Shown here one piece after another: positions 37,679-47,300 of a DNA stretch of 64,000 nt; the stretch's first letter is position 1, and the number at the start of each line of letters is the position of its first letter. Source of the stretch: Thermoplasmata archaeon. Its GTDB lineage: Archaea; Thermoplasmatota; Thermoplasmata; Lutacidiplasmatales; UBA184. Below the pieces are notes generated by a model. The model did not search any database and was not told the origin of the DNA. It was given only the letters and a program-made list of their open reading frames with translations. Location: positions 65,229 to 129,228 of the forward strand of contig JBKQNC010000011.1 in assembly GCA_052326445.1 (NCBI GenBank), in the 5' to 3' direction. A program made the translations under genes and the position numbers.

Positions 37679-38095
37679 TTACGGGAGAGATTCGCGGTCC
37701 TTCACCCGGCGCACGAACTTGAGCCCCGACCAGACATCTGTAAGGGCGGCCACCTTGACGTCGACGAGTCCGGCCCGAAGACCGATCTCGCGGACCACAT
37801 GCTCGTCCAAGTCGGACGGGACATCCGAACTTTTCTTGGGCCAGGCGGCCCAGACCATCCCCGCCGGGGCCAGTGCCCGGCTCACTTTGCGGAACGTGCG
37901 TCCCAGCTCCGCGCGAGAGGTTGAAAACACGAGGGCGAAGTCGAGGATGCCGTCCGGCGCGGGTGCCGGTTCGCAGCCGGTCATGGCCGCCCGCAACTTC
38001 ACGTGGACCTCCGTCGGCTCGTTCGAAAGGTACACCCGGAAACCGGTTCGGATGCCGAGCTTGTTGGGCAGTGGCGTATCCGAGTACCCGGCCAT
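37679..38095 (-). CDS. DUF3052-like protein
   Basis: MAGYS.TPL..KLGI, WAAWPKKSS, GLVDVKV and WSGLKFV.R. Confidence 0.8.
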   Translation of the reverse strand: MAGYSDTPLPNKLGIRTGFRVYLSNEPTEVHVKLRAAMTGCEPAPAPDGILDFALVFSTSRAELGRTFRKVSRALAPAGMVWAAWPKKSSDVPSDLDEHVVREIGLRAGLVDVKVAALTDVWSGLKFVRRVKDRESLP

Positions 38096-38135
38096 GTCCG
38101 GAGCGGCCCAACCGTCCCGAGAAAATGAGCTCGCC

Positions 38136-39359
38136 CTAGGCGTAGACCGCTACGGCCACCACGCCCACGGACACGACGAACGCAAGGCTGGCCCAAAAAG
38201 CAGCCCGCCAAGCCCCGTGGAGAGCTTCCCTGCCCATGATCTTCGGGTCGGAGGCGATCTTCCCTACCAAGATCCCCGGGACGATCAGGATGAAGACCAT
38301 GGCCACCATCAGGGCCAAGATCAGGTCGATAAGCTGCGGGTAGAACAGGGGCACCAAGACCGCCGGGATGCTTTCGAGCGCATAGATCCAGATCGTGCTT
38401 CGCGGGCTCAGCCCGAAGGCCTCACGGACGCCCCACGCGCTCCCGAGGGAAATGACGACGAGGGCCAGGAACGCGGCAGCGACGAGCCCCGCGCCCATCA
38501 CATAAGCCCCGTTCGTGCCAAGTCCCGCCGAGAGCGCGCTCGTGAACCCGCTTCTCGTCGTGAGGTCGATGGAGCCGTTGAGGCCGGCCCCGATCATCAC
38601 GACCGCGATCATGAGCGCCTCGCTGACGACGGCCCCGACGAGCGTGGATTGTCGGGAGATCGCGATAGAGGTCCGCTTCGTCGCCGTTGCCGAGGATTGG
38701 AAGAAGAGCATGAACGGCATCACGACAGCGCCGGCCGTCGCCGCTAGGAGGAGGAAGAACGACGGAGCGGCGGAGACACCCAACGGGGAGTAGGGGAGAA
38801 GCCCGCGATGGAGGACCACGACGGTCAGGGCGATCACGACCCCCGCGGAGATACCGATGAGCACGCGCTCGACCCAGGCGTAGGGACCGCGCACCACGAG
38901 AGCGATGTGGGCCACGAACGCGATCGGAAGAGAGATAACGGGGGGAATCCCAAACACGCTGAGGCCGAGCGCGATGCCGGCGTACTCGGCGACGTAGGTC
39001 GCCACATCCCCCACCGCCATGGAGACCGCGGAGGCCTTCGCAACCGCGGGTCGGTAGTGGATCCTCGCCAATTCTCCCAGACCTTTTCCGGTGACCGATC
39101 CGATGCGGCCGGCGGCCTCTTGGATGAAGAACAGGGGAAGGGTCAGCGCGACCAGGACCCAGATGAAGTCGTACCGGTAGCTGGAGCCCGACGCCAGCGC
39201 AGTGAGAATACTCGCCGCATCCACGTCGGCGATCATGACGAGCCAGGCAGGACCGCCGCGCCACCGCCGCGGGGCTTTCAAGTGGGCCGAAAGCGAGGCA
39301 AGGGTCAGGTTACCCACGTTGGAGTCGGGCGTGTCCCCGGGGCGCGTTTCGTCGCCCAT
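38136..39359 (-). CDS. NRAMP-family divalent cation transporter
   Basis: GPAWLVMIADVDA, QE..GRIG.VTGKGL, EYAGI and GAVVMPFMLFFQSS; about 11 TM. Confidence 0.85.
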   Translation of the reverse strand: MGDETRPGDTPDSNVGNLTLASLSAHLKAPRRWRGGPAWLVMIADVDAASILTALASGSSYRYDFIWVLVALTLPLFFIQEAAGRIGSVTGKGLGELARIHYRPAVAKASAVSMAVGDVATYVAEYAGIALGLSVFGIPPVISLPIAFVAHIALVVRGPYAWVERVLIGISAGVVIALTVVVLHRGLLPYSPLGVSAAPSFFLLLAATAGAVVMPFMLFFQSSATATKRTSIAISRQSTLVGAVVSEALMIAVVMIGAGLNGSIDLTTRSGFTSALSAGLGTNGAYVMGAGLVAAAFLALVVISLGSAWGVREAFGLSPRSTIWIYALESIPAVLVPLFYPQLIDLILALMVAMVFILIVPGILVGKIASDPKIMGREALHGAWRAAFWASLAFVVSVGVVAVAVYA

Positions 39360-39463
39360 CGTCAAGGGAACGAGCGCGAGAGGGCCATAAGTACACGGAC
39401 GTTCAGTGGCGGCCCCCACGGAGCCCCACCCCGGGAGGTAGAATCCCAACCGGGCCGAAGCGG

Positions 39464-40027
39464 CTACGGACTGGCCAGGTCGTATTCGAAGAACAAGGCG
39501 TCCATTACGGGGTGGGGCCAGTACCGTTCCGTGGCTCGGAATCCCATTTTCCGATACGTCGCGATCGCACCGACCATGGTGGGCAGCGTGTCGAGAACCA
39601 CCCGCCGGTACCCCAGGGTGCGCGCTCTTTCGAGGGCTCGGCGAGTCAACTGCATTCCGACCCCCCGGCCCCGGTGCGAGTCTCGGACGTACAGCCGTTT
39701 GAACTCCCCCACCCCTTCAGACTGACGGTGGATCGCTGCACAACCAAAGGCGGTAGTCCCATCATAGGCCAGGAAGAGCGCCCCATCCGGGGGAGAATAC
39801 TCGCCCGGAAGCGTCTCGATCTCCCGGTCCAGGTGCGCGAGTCCCCGAGCGAGTATCTCGTCCCCGAAGGCGGTGACCTCTCGGTGCTCGACGAGCCAGG
39901 CGCGATACTCGAGGAACAAGGCCCGCGCTTCTTCGACCTCAGCGGGTCGGGCGGCCTCGCGGATCGAGGTCGAGCCGGAACTCGATGTGCTATCCACGGC
40001 GATCCTCCTCTCCCTACGGAGTTCCAA
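39464..40027 (-). CDS. GNAT acetyltransferase
   Basis: LF.EY, LPGEY.PP.G, EFKRLYV...RGRGVG, LDTL and Y.KMGF. Confidence 0.9.
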   Translation of the reverse strand: MELRRERRIAVDSTSSSGSTSIREAARPAEVEEARALFLEYRAWLVEHREVTAFGDEILARGLAHLDREIETLPGEYSPPDGALFLAYDGTTAFGCAAIHRQSEGVGEFKRLYVRDSHRGRGVGMQLTRRALERARTLGYRRVVLDTLPTMVGAIATYRKMGFRATERYWPHPVMDALFFEYDLASP

Positions 40028-40032
40028 CTCCG

Positions 40033-40491
40033 TCAGTCAGTCTCCTTCTTCTTGGTCGGTCCCCGGGCCAGGGCCCGCCGTTCTGCGAGAGTCGGCCGAC
40101 GTCCGATCGTGATCCATATGCCGTCAGGATCTCGGACACTGGCCATCCAGCCTCCCGTCGTTGACGGACGATACCGCGTCGATTTCGCGCCCAATTTGAG
40201 GAGTCGGGTGTACTCTCGCTCTAGGGCGGCCACGGGAGCGACCCCGATCGTGAAATCCAGATGGTCGACCCCGTCCCCCGCGGAGTACGGGGAACCGAAC
40301 AACGAGCCGCGGGGGTACCAGTTCAGTTCGACGACCCGATGAGAACGAGGGTCCTCCAACTGGGCCCAAAGACCCCCGCCCCAGCCTCGGGTGTCCCCCC
40401 TCGCCCGGAGTTTCAGTCCGAGCGCCCCGGTGTAGAATCGGAGAGAGCGTTGGAAATTGGTCACTCGAAGGCCGACCTGTTCGAGCTTCAT
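40033..40491 (-). CDS. VOC/glyoxalase family protein
   Basis: GLRV.N..RS..FYT.ALG, ELNWY, DHL.F and DPDGIWI. Confidence 0.88.
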   Translation of the reverse strand: MKLEQVGLRVTNFQRSLRFYTGALGLKLRARGDTRGWGGGLWAQLEDPRSHRVVELNWYPRGSLFGSPYSAGDGVDHLDFTIGVAPVAALEREYTRLLKLGAKSTRYRPSTTGGWMASVRDPDGIWITIGRRPTLAERRALARGPTKKKETD

Positions 40492-40739
40492 TTTCGTCCT
40501 CGCGAGCAGGCTCGCAACCACCCCACAAGGGGTCCCACTAAATGTACTCCGGACAGGTCGCGAAACGCCCCGACAAGGCCGATGGATGGGTGCAAGGACC
40601 AGGGCCACCACCTCAGGCCGATCGACCGAAAGCTTCCTTCGGGCGAAAACGCCTCAAACCTCCCGTCCCTGGGTTGTTGAGACCAGGAAGGGGATACGGG
40701 AGAATGGCCGAGCTCACTTAGGCCTCCACTGGCCTGGAA

Positions 40740-41063
40740 GTGCTGGGGAAGACGGATTTCTCGAACGGGCGCTTGAACCGGACCGGACCCTACGTCGTCT
40801 GCTTCGGCGCTACATGGTGCCCGGTCACCCGTCGCTTCATGCCGAGCTTTCTCGCCCTCCACGGAAAGGTGCCCGGCACCATGGCCATCGCGGACATCAC
40901 CGATACCGACAATCCTCTTTGGGACGATTTTCGAATTCGTATCTCTCCCTCCATCCTCGTCTTTCGAGACGGAGCGCTCGTGAGCCGCGTGGACGGAAGG
41001 AGGTTCCTCGGCATTACTCGCTCTGACTTGAGGAAGTTCGAACAGACTCTCACGGCCCACTGA
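40740..41063 (+). CDS. Thioredoxin-like protein (CxxT)
   Basis: F.ATWCPVT, a cis-Pro motif (ISPSILVF.DG) and Trx length. Confidence 0.8.
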   Translation: MLGKTDFSNGRLNRTGPYVVCFGATWCPVTRRFMPSFLALHGKVPGTMAIADITDTDNPLWDDFRIRISPSILVFRDGALVSRVDGRRFLGITRSDLRKFEQTLTAH

Positions 41064-41136
41064 CTCTGCCGTGCCTTCGTTCCTCTGGTCAGGACAGTCA
41101 TGAACCCGGTTTGACGGCCGGGTCATAAGCTAGCAT

Positions 41137-42456
41137 GTGGTCCGGCTTCTGTCCGGTCGCCCTACGGTCGCTTCCCCTGGGCCATCCACCGCGCCGCCTG
41201 CCGCGTCGCCCCTCACTTCGTCGCCTGCCTCCCCGAATCGGCCGGGTCCCTCGAAAGGCATGCTCGGGGCCATCGCGGTCGTAGTGGTCGTAGTAATCGT
41301 TGTCCTTTCTCTTCTCGTTACCGGTGTGATACCGGGTCTCCACACTGGCACGAGCACGACATCGGGACCCCAGCCCGAACAGTCGGCCGCCGGACCGGCG
41401 AACAGCCTCGCTACCTCGACCGGGGGCGGACCTTGGACGCTGATCTTCGTCGGGGCCAACGACTACACATGGGCGCAGCATATTCTCGTTCAGAACTACA
41501 GCAATGCGACCTGTCCCTTCCACGGGTCGACGATCACCTCGATTACCATCCCGGCCTTCACCGGGGAGTACTACTCCGGATTGGCGAACGCGTGGCTGTA
41601 TCAGTACATTTCCGCCGGCGGGGCCACCCTGGTCGTAGCCGTCCAGAACGGCTCGGCGCAGGAGGACGGTCAAACCACCGGGCCCGGGTGTGCGCCCGGC
41701 GGCCTCGAGCCCCTCCCGGGCGGCTTGGTGGACAGCTCCGCCGCGGCCACTGCGGCCTTCGGCTCGAGGGCCGGTGCGGGGTTCTCCTCCTCGGTGACGC
41801 GGGCGAACGTTTCCTACTACCTCGATATGCAGCAGCCCCAAGGGTTCCATTCGATCGTCCCGATCTGGCTGATCCAGGCCGACGGCTGCGGCGGTCACAA
41901 CTACTCGTACTTTTTCTCGAGGGTGTACGCTGCGAACGGAACAGTCCGGACCGCGTCGAACGGGTCGGAGGGGGCCTCCTCCTACTGCGGCAGATTGCCC
42001 CCGCCCATCGGCAGCGCCCTCGCCCTCGGAAGCGCGGTCGGGGGCACGTGCCCGTCGGGGTCGGGCGTAGCGCCCGCGGACCTCAACGGGTGCAAGGTGG
42101 GAGACTACTACTATCGGCTGACCGTGGAATCGTCGACGGTCGAGCTTGGAAATTTTGAGCTCAAGGTCGTCACGGCCACCGATGCCACGTTCATGGCGAC
42201 GGGCGGGGCCGCGTTTTCGGTAGTCAGCATCACCGGGGTAGTCGTCGTAAGCTATGCGTTGAGCTCGGGCCCGCTATCGATGAGTTCGACCTGGCAGGCG
42301 TTCGCCAACGGAATCTCGGGGACAACCCCCGTGACCAGCCAGGACACGGTCGTCGTGGACATGGGTCAGACCAGTTCGACATTGGGGGAATCCCTGGCGT
42401 TGCAAGCGGTAGGGGTCGGCTCCTACAGCGGTGCAACGACTACGGGGCTCCCGTAG
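41137..42456 (+). CDS. Membrane-anchored surface protein with C-terminal pilin-like domain
   Basis: TM anchor and Cys pairs; the C-terminal domain starting PIGSALALG aligns with 54488-55120 and 62301-62938. Start uncertain. Confidence 0.75.
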   Translation: MVRLLSGRPTVASPGPSTAPPAASPLTSSPASPNRPGPSKGMLGAIAVVVVVVIVVLSLLVTGVIPGLHTGTSTTSGPQPEQSAAGPANSLATSTGGGPWTLIFVGANDYTWAQHILVQNYSNATCPFHGSTITSITIPAFTGEYYSGLANAWLYQYISAGGATLVVAVQNGSAQEDGQTTGPGCAPGGLEPLPGGLVDSSAAATAAFGSRAGAGFSSSVTRANVSYYLDMQQPQGFHSIVPIWLIQADGCGGHNYSYFFSRVYAANGTVRTASNGSEGASSYCGRLPPPIGSALALGSAVGGTCPSGSGVAPADLNGCKVGDYYYRLTVESSTVELGNFELKVVTATDATFMATGGAAFSVVSITGVVVVSYALSSGPLSMSSTWQAFANGISGTTPVTSQDTVVVDMGQTSSTLGESLALQAVGVGSYSGATTTGLP

Positions 42457-42519
42457 CGAGATATTCGGCACCAGGATCGCTGCCTCGAGAGGCCGCAATC
42501 TCCGAGTCCCCGACTGGGC

Positions 42520-42684
42520 TCACCAGCTTCGAAGTGCTTGGGCGACCTGCTTCCGTGCCGCCTTGGTCTGATGACCTGGGCCCGTACGGGTGTACGTCGT
42601 GCACGCACACGCGCGGCATTGTCCATCCGCGACGTGGAGGCGCCTCTGGTGGAGGCAACCCGGGGTTTCGCATTCTGTCGTCAT
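42520..42684 (-). CDS. Cys/His-rich metal-binding microprotein (54 aa)
   Basis: Hand translation MTTECETPGCLHQRRLHVADGQCRACACTTY...; C-x4-C-x-H-x4-H-x5-C-x2-C-x-C pattern; GAGG SD upstream. Confidence 0.65.
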   Translation of the reverse strand: MTTECETPGCLHQRRLHVADGQCRACACTTYTRTGPGHQTKAARKQVAQALRSW

Positions 42685-42922
42685 TTCAGGCTGCCTCGAT
42701 GTCGCGCACTTCGGTGAGAGAGCACGGGAGGGGCCTTAAGGATGGTCGCTCAGGCGGGGTCACCGTTTACGAACAGTTCTCCCGCGGAGTTCGTGCCGCG
42801 CTGGATCCCACCCGGCGCCGGAACGGACCGGGCCCCCACCATGCACCGAATGCGCCACCAATCGGCCGACGGGTTGCGGGCAGACAGATATTTGTAAGCC
42901 CACTCGCGAGTTCTATTCACTC

Positions 42923-43408
42923 ATGGCGCGGGCCGGGTCGGTGGACAAGCAGAGCGCCGGGTCTCGATCCAAAGAGAGCCTCAAACGGCATTGGCGGATC
43001 ATAACGGTCGTGGTGGTGGTCATTATCGCCGTGCTCGCCGCGGTCCTCTACGTTGTGTCGGAACGCCAAACGGTCGACGTAACCGGGGTCCACTACGAGT
43101 TCTTGGGAACTGATGCGCCAAACTGTGGCTGGTCCAACCTGACGGGACCCGGGGTTTCGGGTCTCAACGATGGGTCGATCCAAGTCTCCACCCCGCTCAC
43201 GACCCCGTCCGGCTCCGGACCTTGCCTCATCGGGGGCGTTTCGGCCGTTACCGGGGGATTCTCCGTGACGAACGTGGCGGTGCCGGCCAACATGGGAGGG
43301 GGGATTGGGGGGACCTTGACGGTCACCCTCACCACACCCACCACCGGGTTCACCGGAATTCTCTATCTTGATGTGGCGGTGAAACTCCCCGGTGGGGGAT
43401 CCCCCTGA
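42923..43408 (+). CDS. Membrane-anchored exported protein
   Basis: Basic N-terminus, a long hydrophobic helix, then a Gly/Thr-rich beta domain with 2 Cys. Confidence 0.7.
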   Translation: MARAGSVDKQSAGSRSKESLKRHWRIITVVVVVIIAVLAAVLYVVSERQTVDVTGVHYEFLGTDAPNCGWSNLTGPGVSGLNDGSIQVSTPLTTPSGSGPCLIGGVSAVTGGFSVTNVAVPANMGGGIGGTLTVTLTTPTTGFTGILYLDVAVKLPGGGSP

Positions 43409-43429
43409 CTCACGCGGGCCAGCGCGGCC

Positions 43430-44128
43430 TCAGGAACGTTCGATCTCCTCGATCATGACGCTCAACGGTTGACGGTACCCAGCGGTAAGCAGGCCGGGGA
43501 CCCCTTGCGGCGCTCCTTGCAGGCACTCCACCTTGACGACAGAGATTCCGCCGGGGCCCTCGTCGTCGAGTCGAAGGAGGTAGTCGACCGCCGGAGTATT
43601 CTGTAACTGGGGGGCGCGCGAGATGGTGAAGATGATCGTGGCCGCCTTCGAGTTGATGGCCTCGACAAACGGACGGATCCCACCGACCTTGGCGGTATAC
43701 AGCTTGGCGGCCCGGTCCGAGTTGGCGATGATCAACGCTCTCGTCGAATCCATGGCGCTCCGGTCCTCCAGGATGTGCCGAGCCAGAGCGGGGAGCCGCA
43801 TGAAATCCGCCAGGGTCCGGATCCGGTCATCCGCCGAGATGTCGTCGCGGACGAACCAGCTCGCCATGTTTCCGAGGTCGGTGTCCGGCGTGAGGTCCGT
43901 GGGGTCGAGCAGGAACAGGTGGTCCGCGGGAACTCGGTCGACGATGGCGTTCTCGCCCGGGTCGGCCGGTCCGTTGCGACTCGTCACCTGGAGCCAAAAC
44001 GGCTCGGGGTCGATCTTGCGGCCAATGGCCCAGGCCAGTCGGGACCGGTCGGCCGCGCTGGCTCCCCAGATCCCGAAGGACGCCGGGAAATTCCAATCGC
44101 GAGCGTAGGTCCTGGGTCTGGTGGGCAT
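43430..44128 (-). CDS. Hypothetical protein, paralog of 21887-22612
   Basis: Shared motifs GNMA, VRDD, DFMRLP, ANSDR and DYLL. Confidence 0.72.
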   Translation of the reverse strand: MPTRPRTYARDWNFPASFGIWGASAADRSRLAWAIGRKIDPEPFWLQVTSRNGPADPGENAIVDRVPADHLFLLDPTDLTPDTDLGNMASWFVRDDISADDRIRTLADFMRLPALARHILEDRSAMDSTRALIIANSDRAAKLYTAKVGGIRPFVEAINSKAATIIFTISRAPQLQNTPAVDYLLRLDDEGPGGISVVKVECLQGAPQGVPGLLTAGYRQPLSVMIEEIERS

Positions 44129-44388
44129 GGTTCTGCTTCCCCGGGAAGAACGGGAGAGGCTCTCCCCCTGCGACCCGGTTCTCGGGAGAAGTCGTACATC
44201 GCGCTCTGGGGGTATAAACTCAGAACCTCGTCAGGGGGGCGTCTTTCGTTTCGTGCGGCAGGGGGGGAACCGGGAATCGGGGGTCGAGGTCCGAAACCCT
44301 GTTCCCGGCGAGAAATGAGTTGGTCCGGAGCTCATCACGCGCAAAACTCACCCTCAAACAGACTCCCCGGAGGGGGGTGGGGCGCTTC

Positions 44389-44419
44389 GTTAAATACCCA
44401 TTTAAATACTGTTTATAAT
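44389..44419 (+). promoter_or_regulatory. tbp promoter with three tandem TATA-like boxes
   Basis: GTTAAATA at 44389, TTTAAATA at 44401 and TTTATAAT at 44412, in otherwise GC-rich DNA. Confidence 0.6.
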
Positions 44420-44422
44420 GTC

Positions 44423-45109
44423 ATGACACGGATCCGAATCGAGAACGTGGTGGCTTCGACCTCACTGGGTGACGAGTTGGACCTGCAGTCGATCGCCTTC
44501 CGTCTCAACGGTGCCGAGTACGAGCCCGAACAGTTCCCCGGCCTGATCTACCGGTTGAAGCAGCCGAAGACCGCGATCCTGCTGTTCCGATCCGGAAAGG
44601 TGGTCTGCACCGGCGGAAAGAGCATGCTCGATGTGGAGACCTCGATCCACACGGTGGCCGGAGAGATCAAGAAGATGGGTCAGCGGATCACGATGCATCC
44701 GAAGATCGAGGTACAGAACATCGTGGCGACCTCCGACCTGGGCTGCGAGATCAACCTGAACTCGATCGCGGTAACCCTGGGACTGGACCGGGTGGAGTAC
44801 GAACCGGAGCAATTCCCCGGGCTCGTCCTTCGAATGGAAACTCCTCGCGTGGTTCTCTTGCTGTTCGGCAGCGGAAAGATGGTCTGTACCGGAGCTCGTC
44901 GCCCCTCGGACATCCAGCTCGCGGTCGAGAAGGTCATCGAAGAGCTGGAGGGCGCGGGTCTGCTCTCGGGTGAACGCAGCGTTCCGGGAGCCGCTCCCTC
45001 ATCCTCCGGTGGAAAACCTCGCACCTCGACTCCGCGCAAGGCGCCTCAGTGGAAGGACGCCTCCCCGTCGATGGGCGGGACTCCGTCCTCGCCCGGTCCT
45101 TCCCGGTAA
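44423..45109 (+). CDS. tbp: TATA-box binding protein
   Basis: Two repeats: IENVVAS...EYEPEQFPGLIYR...LFRSGKVVCTG and VQNIVAT...EYEPEQFPGLV...LFGSGKMVCTGA. Confidence 0.97.
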   Translation: MTRIRIENVVASTSLGDELDLQSIAFRLNGAEYEPEQFPGLIYRLKQPKTAILLFRSGKVVCTGGKSMLDVETSIHTVAGEIKKMGQRITMHPKIEVQNIVATSDLGCEINLNSIAVTLGLDRVEYEPEQFPGLVLRMETPRVVLLLFGSGKMVCTGARRPSDIQLAVEKVIEELEGAGLLSGERSVPGAAPSSSGGKPRTSTPRKAPQWKDASPSMGGTPSSPGPSR

Positions 45110-45232
45110 CCCGGACGACCCAGCCATCGCTCGGCTCCATGCGCCAGGTCCTCCGAACCCGAGGCGCATGGGAAGGAACTCCCAACTTCCTCCGTCTGCC
45201 CGAGAGATTGGGGTCGACAGGGCCGTGACTCG

Positions 45233-45751
45233 GTGAAGCGGGCCCCGAATCTCATCGTGCTCTCCGGTCTTCCCGGTACCGGAAAGTCCACCTTGGCCGA
45301 GGCGGTGGCCGAGCGTCTCAACGCCTCCTGGTTACGCGTAGACACGCTCGAAGCCGCGATGGTCAAGGCCGGGGTTCCGCGATCGTTCGAGACGGGGCTG
45401 GCGGCCTACGTGGGATGCCGGGATCAAGCGGCCGATCAGCTCCGAATCGGCCGCTCGGTCGTGATCGATGCCGTCAATGGAGTGGAGCCCGCCCGTCGCA
45501 TGTGGAGTGATCTCGCGGAAGAACTTCGGGCAAAACGCTTCACCATCCACGTAACTTGCCCCGATCTGAAGGAGCACCGTCGCAGGGTGGAGGACCGGGA
45601 GGCACGGAACCCCCCGTTGCCGAAGCCCACCTGGGAAGAGGTAACGGAGCGGGAGTTCCAGCCCTGGGATGAGCCGGTTCTGGTCGTGGATACCACCGCA
45701 CTCGTGGCTCAGGTGGTCGAGCAGATCCTCGACTACGTGGGACGGGACTAG
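45233..45751 (+). CDS. P-loop small kinase (AAA_33-like)
   Basis: Walker A GLPGTGKST, VVIDAVN, R.R and VDT. Confidence 0.85.
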   Translation: MKRAPNLIVLSGLPGTGKSTLAEAVAERLNASWLRVDTLEAAMVKAGVPRSFETGLAAYVGCRDQAADQLRIGRSVVIDAVNGVEPARRMWSDLAEELRAKRFTIHVTCPDLKEHRRRVEDREARNPPLPKPTWEEVTEREFQPWDEPVLVVDTTALVAQVVEQILDYVGRD

Positions 45752-45899
45752 CGGAAAATCGGGGCTGCCTCCAGCTGGGAGCGTTCCGGCGTTCGGCCGT
45801 TCTCTCTTCCTGACGGGGGGGGTCCGCCCACCAGTTTCCGGTCATCGGCTCTTGCACCCTCACCGCTTATGTCGAGGAAGCTAGGTCGTCTCCCTATCC

Positions 45900-46346
45900 A
45901 TGGACCTCGACGTCGAGCTCGTCGGCCGATCCGTTGGGGCTGATATCGGCCGGGTCGTGGTTTTGGAACTCTTGATCGCGGGCCTATTCGCCCTCATCTT
46001 CGGCTTCGAGTTCGGTTGGTCGCTCGTTGCATCCGAGTGGATCGCGTGGCCGACGGCCTTGGCCGTAACGGCCGTGGTCGAGCTCACGTTGGGGTTCCCT
46101 ACTCACGTAGCTTGGGCGGTCGGGGCTTCGGAAGCCGGTTTCGAACTCCGACGCTTCCGACATCCCGAGTTGTATCCGTGGTCCAGTCTCGAGCTCGCCG
46201 ACGGTTCACACTGGCACCCATTGTATGGCCGCGACTGGGTCGTGACCGTCACCCGTCCGAGCGACAATGTCGCGTTGTCGATCGGGCTGACGCCGGCTCA
46301 GCATGAGTTGCTACGCCGGTGGCTGGCAATAGCCCAACCGACCTAG
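45900..46346 (+). CDS. Hypothetical membrane protein (2 TM plus small beta domain)
   Basis: Two hydrophobic helices followed by a YPWS-containing soluble domain. Confidence 0.55.
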   Translation: MDLDVELVGRSVGADIGRVVVLELLIAGLFALIFGFEFGWSLVASEWIAWPTALAVTAVVELTLGFPTHVAWAVGASEAGFELRRFRHPELYPWSSLELADGSHWHPLYGRDWVVTVTRPSDNVALSIGLTPAQHELLRRWLAIAQPT

Positions 46347-46545
46347 AGACCGCACCCAACAACCGCCGAAGGCTGCGTGCAAGGTGCCTTGCACCCACTC
46401 AGGGGACGAAAGGCCCTGGTCCCGCCCTCACTACGTCAACCCGGCTTGACGCCGGCCTATTCCCTCCGTAAGTCGAAGGAGGGAGACGAGGCCGGGCCCA
46501 ACTTTCTATCCGAAAGGTAAACGTTGGAACCGGGAGGGGAGACCC

Positions 46546-46995
46546 ATGAAGGCGATTGGGACATGGAAGGGTGGCAACCAAACACGTCTAGAGGACGGAC
46601 GGGGACACTCATTGATCGTGGACCTTCCCGCGGACGAGGGGGGACGCGACCTCGGGCCGTCGGCCCTGGAGCTCTCGGTCCTGTCTCTCGCGGGTTGCGT
46701 CACCACGATTTTCGCCTTAGTCGCGAAAAAGCGGAAACTGACTTTTGAGGCAATGACCATCGGCCTTGAAGCGCGGCGCCCAGCGGGATCGCCGACCATT
46801 ACTTCCGTGGCGGGAACCTTGCACGTGGTCACCGCGGCCCCAATGGATGAGGTCCAGGACACGCTCGACATCACCTTGAGGACATGCCCGGTCGGAGTTC
46901 TGTTCGAGCACGCCAAGATTCCGATCCAGGTCCATGCGATAGTTACCCCTCCGGTGTCGGACCAAATTGAGGTAGCACTGCTCAACCGCAGCTGA
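46546..46995 (+). CDS. OsmC/Ohr family protein
   Basis: DLP...GG...GPS..EL...SLAGC and CPV; GGAGG SD upstream. Confidence 0.9.
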   Translation: MKAIGTWKGGNQTRLEDGRGHSLIVDLPADEGGRDLGPSALELSVLSLAGCVTTIFALVAKKRKLTFEAMTIGLEARRPAGSPTITSVAGTLHVVTAAPMDEVQDTLDITLRTCPVGVLFEHAKIPIQVHAIVTPPVSDQIEVALLNRS

Positions 46996-47300
46996 AGTGG
47001 CCTGTCGCCTGAGGTGCGGCGTTCGTTGGCTATCGCGCGCCGTTGAGACTCCTTTCATGGCGTGAGCCGGTGTCTTGGCTCCCTGAAAGAGGGCCGTCGC
47101 CCGAAGACCGCGCGGGCGAGCTCGCGCGTGGCGCGTTTGATGGCTCCGGGGCAGTGTGGGGCCCTATGCGGTGAAGCCCGCGAGGGGGCCGGCCCGAACC
47201 TCGAAGGAAAGGGCAGGAGGGCAGTGACACTTGGACCCGTGAGTAACTATAGCATTTTAGCGACGACTATTTATTTACGTCATTTATTACGTATGTTGAG

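Noticed and set aside
46434..46451. IS200/IS605-type end hairpin (GTCAA...TTGAC)
   Set aside because: No tnpA/tnpB/iscB ORF or second end is visible; kept only as part of the structured-region finding.
47159..47190. Group II intron domain V-like hairpin
   Set aside because: It lacks the AGC/CGC triad and AC bulge, and there is no RT gene or domain VI context.
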